The position numbers and the translations under genes are program-made. From contig CALHWI010000119.1 in NCBI GenBank assembly GCA_938036765.1, positions 5,964 through 69,963 on the forward strand: a DNA stretch of 64,000 nucleotides, in the 5' to 3' direction. This DNA is from an uncultured Solobacterium sp. GTDB lineage: Bacteria > Bacillota_I > Bacilli_A > Erysipelotrichales > Erysipelotrichaceae. Positions 58,166-64,000 of the stretch are shown in pieces. Position 1 is the first letter of the stretch, and each line of letters opens with the position of its first letter. Under the pieces are notes generated by a model. The model was given only the letters and a program-made list of their open reading frames with translations, searched no databases and was not told the DNA's origin.

Positions 58166-59086
58166 ATGAAGAAGAATAATAAGCGTTTTTCGGGAATATC
58201 CAAACTTCCAAATGGAAATACTTCAAATAAAATTGTTCCTGGGTGTATTGTCCTTGAAGGAGGTGCCTTTCGAGGATTATATACATCAGGAGTATTAGAT
58301 GCTTTGATGCAGTTTGAAATCAATATGCAGTGTACAGTAGGTACAAGTGCAGGGGCACTAAACGGATTTAACTATGTGGCTGGTCAAATTGGTCGTAGTG
58401 CTAGAATTAATTTAGGGTATCGTCATGATTCTCGATATGTTGGTTTAGAAGCTTTTAAAAACAACAAAGGAATCATTGGATTTGATTTTTTGATGAAAGG
58501 AACTCAATATTTTGATCCATTAAATACGCCTCGTTTTATGAATCCAACGCGTGATTTTATTGCGGTATGTACGAATTGTAAAACGGGAAGACCCGAATAT
58601 TTTAGTAAGAATAAAACGCAAGATATTTTTAAAGCCGTACAAGCCAGTGCAACCATGCCTTATGTTTCAAAGATGGTTGAAATTGAAGATGGTTTATATT
58701 TAGATGGTGGCTGCAGTGATAAGATAGCGTATCAATGGGCGTTGGATCATGATTTTGAAAAGATTATTGTCGTTCGTACACGTCAAAGAGAGTATCGTAA
58801 AAGTGAAGTAAATCCTTTGGTTCAAAAAATGACGAAAAGATTGTATGCAGGCTATCCAGCTTTAGAACAGAAACTAGAATCAATGAATAGTGACTACAAT
58901 AAACAGTGTGATGAATTAGCAAGACTTGAAAATGAAGGTAGAATCTTTACGATTGCCCCAAGCAAGCCTGTGAATGTATCGCGTGTAGAGAGGGATGTGG
59001 ATAAACTCGCCGATCTTTATTACATGGGATATTTGGATGGCTTGAATCAGATTCAAAGAATCAAAGAATATTTAGAAATTGATTAA
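58166..59086 (+). CDS. Patatin-like phospholipase
   Basis: GGAFRGLYTSGVLD oxyanion motif, GTSAGA nucleophile elbow, DGG catalytic Asp. Confidence 0.85.
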   Translation: MKKNNKRFSGISKLPNGNTSNKIVPGCIVLEGGAFRGLYTSGVLDALMQFEINMQCTVGTSAGALNGFNYVAGQIGRSARINLGYRHDSRYVGLEAFKNNKGIIGFDFLMKGTQYFDPLNTPRFMNPTRDFIAVCTNCKTGRPEYFSKNKTQDIFKAVQASATMPYVSKMVEIEDGLYLDGGCSDKIAYQWALDHDFEKIIVVRTRQREYRKSEVNPLVQKMTKRLYAGYPALEQKLESMNSDYNKQCDELARLENEGRIFTIAPSKPVNVSRVERDVDKLADLYYMGYLDGLNQIQRIKEYLEID

Positions 59087-59137
59087 GAGGCCATGCCTCT
59101 TTTTCATTTTGTGTTAGAATAAGTGTAGGTGATTTTT

Positions 59138-59431
59138 ATGGTACAAGAAAGACAACAAGAAATCGTAAATGAATTATTAAATTATATGGATACATTAGAA
59201 GATGGTAGCGAAGTAAGTACTTGGGATTTAATGGATGAAGTATTTAACTATCAGCGTTTCAATGATGGATATTGTTTTAATGATTTTAAAATTAGCGAAG
59301 AAGAATTTATTTCGTTAGATTCACTATTAAAGGAAAGTGCAATGAAAGAGGGGTTCTTTATTGATGACTCTATTTATCAAGATGTGATTGGAGCTTTTCC
59401 TTTTAGTTTGACATTTGTAGTAAGGAAATAG
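59138..59431 (+). CDS. Small acidic hypothetical protein (about 97 aa)
   Basis: AGGTGA SD 6 nt upstream of ATG 59138. Between the patatin and macro genes. No family. Confidence 0.4.
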   Translation: MVQERQQEIVNELLNYMDTLEDGSEVSTWDLMDEVFNYQRFNDGYCFNDFKISEEEFISLDSLLKESAMKEGFFIDDSIYQDVIGAFPFSLTFVVRK

Positions 59432-59433
59432 GT

Positions 59434-60324
59434 ATGGAAAAATTAGAAACATTGATTCAAGAATTATATCAAGACGGGACTCGTGAAAAGAATATGGAGG
59501 TTCTTTCGCATATTCGTAAACTGGCAAAAGAAGAAAAACAATTTATTATTCCTGTTGGCGATGCAAATGGTGAAAAGGTCTATCGAAGATTATCTTTAGA
59601 TGATGGTCAAGATGTATTTGTAGCCTTTACCACTCAGAATCAAGTGGATTTGGGTCAGGCTACAGAAACATTAAATCAAAGTGTGATGGATGTACTCCAT
59701 ATGGTGCATGATACACAAGGTGTAAGTGGAGTTGTATTAAATCCTTGGAAAGATTCGTATTTTTTACCAAAGGTTTTAATTGAAATGATTTTAGACAATA
59801 AGAATTTAGAGAGTGAAATCAAAGTAGTTAAAGGAGATATTACTACTTTTGATGGAGATTGTATTGTCAATGCAGCGAATGAATCGCTTTTGGGTGGCGG
59901 CGGTGTAGATGGTGCTATTCATAGAGCGGCTGGTCCCATGTTACTTGAAGAATGTAAATTATTAAATGGTTGTCATACAGGTCAGGCCAAAATTACTAAA
60001 GGGTATGATTTAAAGGTAAAGTATGTAATTCATACTGTGGGTCCGGTGTATTCTGGTAAACATGAAGATGAGCATATGTTGAGGGATTGTTATTGGAATA
60101 GTTTGAGTTTAGCTCGTAAGTATGATATTCATACAATCGCTTTTCCAGCTATTTCATGTGGCGTTTATGGCTATCCAGTAGAAAAGGCAGTGCCATTAGT
60201 ATTAAAGACAATTGCGGATTGGTTGGATGCGAATAGTGATTATACAATGAAAATCAGTTTGTATTGTTTTGATGAAGAAACGACAAAGGAATATCAAAAA
60301 TATACATCGTATCAGGGAGAATAA
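59434..60324 (+). CDS. Macro-domain protein (MacroD/YmdB-like ADP-ribose hydrolase) with about 110-aa N-terminal extension
   Basis: CIVNAANESLLGGGGVDGAIHRAAG canonical macro motif in the C-terminal 180 aa. Confidence 0.8.
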   Translation: MEKLETLIQELYQDGTREKNMEVLSHIRKLAKEEKQFIIPVGDANGEKVYRRLSLDDGQDVFVAFTTQNQVDLGQATETLNQSVMDVLHMVHDTQGVSGVVLNPWKDSYFLPKVLIEMILDNKNLESEIKVVKGDITTFDGDCIVNAANESLLGGGGVDGAIHRAAGPMLLEECKLLNGCHTGQAKITKGYDLKVKYVIHTVGPVYSGKHEDEHMLRDCYWNSLSLARKYDIHTIAFPAISCGVYGYPVEKAVPLVLKTIADWLDANSDYTMKISLYCFDEETTKEYQKYTSYQGE

Positions 60325-60435
60325 TCTTCCTGATTCTTTTTATTAACTATTTAGAAAAATTTCTAAATAGTATTGAAATAATATTTAAAAGGTATATAAT
60401 CTATTTAGAAATATTTCTAAATAGGTGGTGATATT

Positions 60436-60714
60436 TTGTTTGAAAAAACATTTAAAGCGCTAGGTGCGCCAGTACGAAGAGACATATTGAATTTATTAAA
60501 GAAAGGCAAAATGTCAGCTGGAGATATCGCAAGTCATTTTGATATGAGCCAGGCTACTGTTTCTTATCATTTATCCTTATTAAAGGATGCAGGTTTGATT
60601 TGTGAAGAGAAGGATAAAAATTTTATCTTTTATCAAATTAACGCATCTGTTTTTGAGGAGATGTTGTGTTATTTTAAATCTTTTATTGGAGGGAATGAAG
60701 ATGTTGAAGAATAA
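60436..60714 (+). CDS. ArsR/SmtB-family transcriptional regulator (SdpR-like)
   Basis: PVRRDILNLL...SQATVSYHLSLLKDAGL wHTH. TTG start. 92 aa. Confidence 0.75.
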   Translation: MFEKTFKALGAPVRRDILNLLKKGKMSAGDIASHFDMSQATVSYHLSLLKDAGLICEEKDKNFIFYQINASVFEEMLCYFKSFIGGNEDVEE

Positions 60715-61327
60715 ATGGTTTATGTTTAGTTTAGCTTTGTTTGTGATTCCTTTAGTATTGAATCTAGTTTTCTATAATCAACTTCCAGATGTTGTGCCAA
60801 CACATTTTGATGTAAATGGACAAGTCGATGGTACAATGCCTAAGTTTATGGGGTTATTTGGCATGTTATTTTTGTGTTTGGCAATTCATGTATTTACTTG
60901 TTTTGTGAGTGTAAAAGATCCAAAGCGAAATAATATTCCAGATTTTATGATGAATATTTTATTTATGATTTGTCCAGTCATCTGTATCATTATCGATATG
61001 ACAATCATTTATTTTGGTTTGGGCTATTCTTTTGATGTTAGTTTTGTGATGAATATTCTAGTGGGTGTATTACTAATTGTATTAGGAAATTATTTGCCAA
61101 AAGTAAAACGGAATTATGCAGTTGGAATTAAAACATCGTGGGCATTGAATAGTGATGAAAACTGGGTGTTGTCAAATCGTGTGGGTGGCTATTGTATGGT
61201 GATAGCTGGAATCTTATATATAGTACTTGGATTACTTGGCTATATGACAATGGGAATTGTTGTGATTCTTGTAGCGACTATTATTCCGTGTATCTATAGT
61301 TATATATTATTTAAGCGAGGAATTTAG
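60701..61327 (+). CDS. SdpI/YhfL-family membrane protein (DUF1648-type N-terminus)
   Basis: LPDVVPTHFDVNGQVDG motif after the first TM helix. Overlaps the ArsR stop. About 208 aa. Confidence 0.55.
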   Translation: MLKNKWFMFSLALFVIPLVLNLVFYNQLPDVVPTHFDVNGQVDGTMPKFMGLFGMLFLCLAIHVFTCFVSVKDPKRNNIPDFMMNILFMICPVICIIIDMTIIYFGLGYSFDVSFVMNILVGVLLIVLGNYLPKVKRNYAVGIKTSWALNSDENWVLSNRVGGYCMVIAGILYIVLGLLGYMTMGIVVILVATIIPCIYSYILFKRGI

Positions 61328-62430
61328 AATCCTCGCTTGATTTCATTTTGGATGCATTTGAATAAGACTTGAATCGTTTCACTAATCATTTTCTTCGTTT
61401 GACTATCCATATTTTGAATGGATTTGATCATCTCAACCATATCGATATTCTTCCTTAAATCCTTTGGATTTTCATAATCTGAAAAGACAGAATAAATGGT
61501 ATCAATGACTTGTTTGCGGGTATTGACATCAATGGATTTAAGCCAATTGGATAGTGTGGATTGTGTATGTTTGGATAGTTGATCATTTTGTTTAAGATAA
61601 ATAAAATCACCGTTTTCAACGCACCACGTAAATGGATCGTGTTGAAGGATGGATATGGCATCACTTTGAATGATTTGATAATTATTTGTTTCTTCAAGTA
61701 AGAGTCCAATAATACTCGATTGTGGTATGGTCTTAAATACTTTCTTATCCGTTTGATAAGGTGTAAGAAATCCAGGCCCATCATGGTTGTATATACAATA
61801 AATTGGATTATGTGTATGTATGCCTGCATATAGGGCAAGATTTGCTCCTTTGGAGTGTCCTCCTAAGATGAGTTTGTGTTTTGTCTTATAATTATTCACA
61901 TAGTTTAAGGCAGAAATTTGACTTGGAATATTTTCTTGAAAACATAGATTGAAGTCTTCTTTCCATCCTACAAAACTAGCGTCTGTACCGCGAAAGGCAA
62001 TGTAATCTATTTGGTTGGGTAAATGAAAAGTCATAGCACAGAATTGTTTTTCATTATCTTTGTCAAAATTAGTTTGTAGATGAGAAATGGTAATGGCTTC
62101 ATAGCGAAGGGAGTGTATGAATTGAAGAAATAATTCTTCGTTTAATTCAGGTACTCGGGTATCCATGCATAAAGTATCAATTTCATTTTCAAAATCATTT
62201 AATAAATGGATTTCGGATTCGATATCAATGCTTGAGTTTTCAAATTTAATATAGGAAATTTGTGAGAGAATCAAAGAGTCCACATTATTAAATGGGTATT
62301 CTTCAAGGGTTAAATTTCCGTATTCTTTGATGTAGTCAATGATGTTTTTCATAGCTTTATTGTAGTTCAGAAATACATTTATTGAAATATGTTCATCGTG
62401 ATTTTTAAAATAATCCAAGTTCGTATACAA
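61324..62430 (-). CDS. Mbeg1-like/DUF2974 alpha-beta hydrolase (lipase-like)
   Basis: GGHSKGANLA nucleophile elbow typical of DUF2974. Confidence 0.5.
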   Translation of the reverse strand: MYTNLDYFKNHDEHISINVFLNYNKAMKNIIDYIKEYGNLTLEEYPFNNVDSLILSQISYIKFENSSIDIESEIHLLNDFENEIDTLCMDTRVPELNEELFLQFIHSLRYEAITISHLQTNFDKDNEKQFCAMTFHLPNQIDYIAFRGTDASFVGWKEDFNLCFQENIPSQISALNYVNNYKTKHKLILGGHSKGANLALYAGIHTHNPIYCIYNHDGPGFLTPYQTDKKVFKTIPQSSIIGLLLEETNNYQIIQSDAISILQHDPFTWCVENGDFIYLKQNDQLSKHTQSTLSNWLKSIDVNTRKQVIDTIYSVFSDYENPKDLRKNIDMVEMIKSIQNMDSQTKKMISETIQVLFKCIQNEIKRGF

Positions 62431-62454
62431 TAAAGTAAGTGAGGGTGGATTGTT

Positions 62455-63012
62455 ATGTTGATATTTGGGATTTTGAGTATTTGTCTGAGTTTAGATGTAT
62501 TTGTATGTGCACTAGAACAGGGGGCTTCAATTCGTAATATTCGCTTTTCAAAAGCATTGGTTTATGGATTGATTTTTGCGCTATGCAGTTCGGGTATGTT
62601 TTTATTAGGACATGGAATGTCCACACATATTTTTGGACGTCCATTGGCAATATTGAATAAATATGTTGCGATATTTGTCTTTTTGATTCTTGGAAATGGA
62701 ATGGTCATTTATAGTTTTAAGCGTGGAAAGTTTGTGGAAAGACTACAAGAGTTTGATACAAAACAAATTATTAAATTGGCTCTTATTGGAGGACTCGACT
62801 GTTTCTTTGTTGGAGTTGGCTGTTATTATATGAATCTTCCTTATTTGATGGAGTCTTTAGTCTTATTTTTAATTGTACTTGCTGGCTATATGATTCATTT
62901 TTATATTGGATATTATAATGGGGCCGGATATCAAAAGGCTTATTATTTTCTTTGCGGAGTCGTATACTTATTTATGAGCTTATCATTAATTTTTAAATTA
63001 ATTCGATTGTAG
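62455..63012 (+). CDS. MntP/YtaF-like (DUF204) small membrane protein, possible Mn efflux pump
   Basis: 185 aa, LSLDVFVCAL in TM1 resembling the LSMDAFAVS motif of MntP. Duplicated halves. Confidence 0.4.
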   Translation: MLIFGILSICLSLDVFVCALEQGASIRNIRFSKALVYGLIFALCSSGMFLLGHGMSTHIFGRPLAILNKYVAIFVFLILGNGMVIYSFKRGKFVERLQEFDTKQIIKLALIGGLDCFFVGVGCYYMNLPYLMESLVLFLIVLAGYMIHFYIGYYNGAGYQKAYYFLCGVVYLFMSLSLIFKLIRL

Positions 63013-63022
63013 AGGTGATTTC

Positions 63023-63583
63023 ATGACATTTAATGAAAAGGTGACAATGAAAGATCTTCTGAGTGAGGGATTGTATATTTTGATGCAACAAAAGCCTTTC
63101 GAAAAGATCACAATCAAACAGATTTGCGATAAAACAGGCGTTATTCGTGGAACTTTCTATAATCATTTTATGGATAAGTATGAGGCATTGGAATATTTGA
63201 TTCATCGTATGTTTTATAAAGGGATTGAGCATGAATCAAATCCTCAAATTATAAAACATATCTTTCAGACTGTAAGTGATGATCGTGATTTCTTTAAGTC
63301 TTGTTATAGAATTACAGGGCAGAATGGTTTTGAAGATTTAATGAGTAATGTGTTTAAAGAAATATTTAGAAATGTATTTTCTTATTTAGATGTGAGTAGG
63401 ATGGATTCAAGATTCACAATAGATTTTTTAGTGGATTATTATGCGAATGATTTATTATACTTTTTAAAGTATTGGATTTTGCATAATTTTGAACCGGATG
63501 TAGAAACATATTATGCCAAGATCGATATTTTATTTAAAAACAGTATTAAAGAATTAAATATTCGATATATGGATAAATCTTAA
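63023..63583 (+). CDS. TetR/AcrR-family transcriptional regulator
   Basis: N-terminal HTH ITIKQICDKTGVIRGTFYNHF. Confidence 0.7.
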   Translation: MTFNEKVTMKDLLSEGLYILMQQKPFEKITIKQICDKTGVIRGTFYNHFMDKYEALEYLIHRMFYKGIEHESNPQIIKHIFQTVSDDRDFFKSCYRITGQNGFEDLMSNVFKEIFRNVFSYLDVSRMDSRFTIDFLVDYYANDLLYFLKYWILHNFEPDVETYYAKIDILFKNSIKELNIRYMDKS

Positions 63584-63590
63584 ATTGACA

Positions 63591-63873
63591 AATTGTGTAT
63601 TGTCTAGTAGGATAAAAGCGTATAAAAAGGCAATGAAGAGGGCGAGTACCTTTTAGAAATACTTTAGAGAGCTTTTGGTTGGTGAAAAAAAGCGTAGGAC
63701 TAATTGGGAATAAAGACTTGGAGCTATTTGTATTTCCTGCATTAAAGGAAGCGCTGTTTATAGACAGTGACTAAGGCTGGACAAAGTGATTTGTTTGGTA
63801 AATTAGGGTGGTAACACGAGCACTTCGTCCCTTTGTGGCAAGTGCCTTTTTTTATGGATAAAAGAAAAAGGAG
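63591..63873 (+). promoter_or_regulatory. T-box leader (promoter TTGACA-17-TAGGAT, specifier region with AAA, T-box sequence, terminator) upstream of lysS
   Basis: AATTAGGGTGGTAACACGAG matches the T-box consensus AATTAGGGTGGNACCGCG. Terminator GCACTT..AAGTGC followed by T7 at 63829-63868. GGTGAAAAAAAG in stem I offers a Lys AAA specifier. Confidence 0.7.
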
Positions 63874-63879
63874 AAAACA

Positions 63880-64000
63880 ATGGAAAAGTTAACGCAACAA
63901 GAACAAGTTCGTCGTCAAAAGATGCAAGATTTGATCGACATGGGTATTGATCCATTTGGATCTCGTTATGATCGTACTTCAAATTCGGGTATTATCAAAT
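63880..64000 (+). CDS. lysS: Lysine--tRNA ligase (class II), N-terminal fragment running off the window
   Basis: MEKLTQQEQVRRQKMQDLIDMGIDPFGSRYDRT is a typical LysS N-terminus. SD AAAGGAG. Confidence 0.8.
   Translation, partial: MEKLTQQEQVRRQKMQDLIDMGIDPFGSRYDRTSNSGIIK

Overview
The window is 64 kb of a low-GC Firmicutes-type chromosome (Bacilli/Erysipelotrichia-like gene content: ezrA, BceRS-AB module, SdpI, tgt, thiI, rpsD). Most of it is ordinary housekeeping, including pgk-tpiA, ispF, dtd, folD, ychF, tgt, rdgB, trmL, rpsD, ezrA, iscS/thiI, rlmH, rlmA-like and rlmD-like. The centrepiece is a complete type II-A CRISPR-Cas9 locus at 6.2-14.5 kb: cas9 (about 1350 aa), a tracrRNA between cas9 and cas1, cas1, cas2, csn2, then 30 x 36-bp repeats read from a 33-bp leader. 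The array contains an internal duplicated three-spacer block. It ends exactly at the stop codon of a convergent metallophosphoesterase gene that carries a homopolymer frameshift. Directly upstream of cas9 is an AT-rich insert with no assignable families: a 339-aa WYL/WCX-like protein, a divergently transcribed 329-aa protein with a ~95-aa Gly/Ala-zipper hydrophobic domain, an orphan sRNA candidate with a consensus promoter and terminator, and three copies of a 16-nt motif. Other notable items: an MBOAT-DHHW-SGNH O-acylation cluster next to a Bce-type two-component/ABC module; two tandem tRNA-Asn genes; tandem OYE-type flavin oxidoreductase paralogs followed by a radical-SAM/SPASM gene; an RlmD-like methyltransferase with a C-terminal PRRRFDD repeat tail; two secreted NlpC/P60-like hydrolases with cell-wall-binding repeats; an SdpR/SdpI-like pair; and a lysine T-box leader in front of lysS at the window end.
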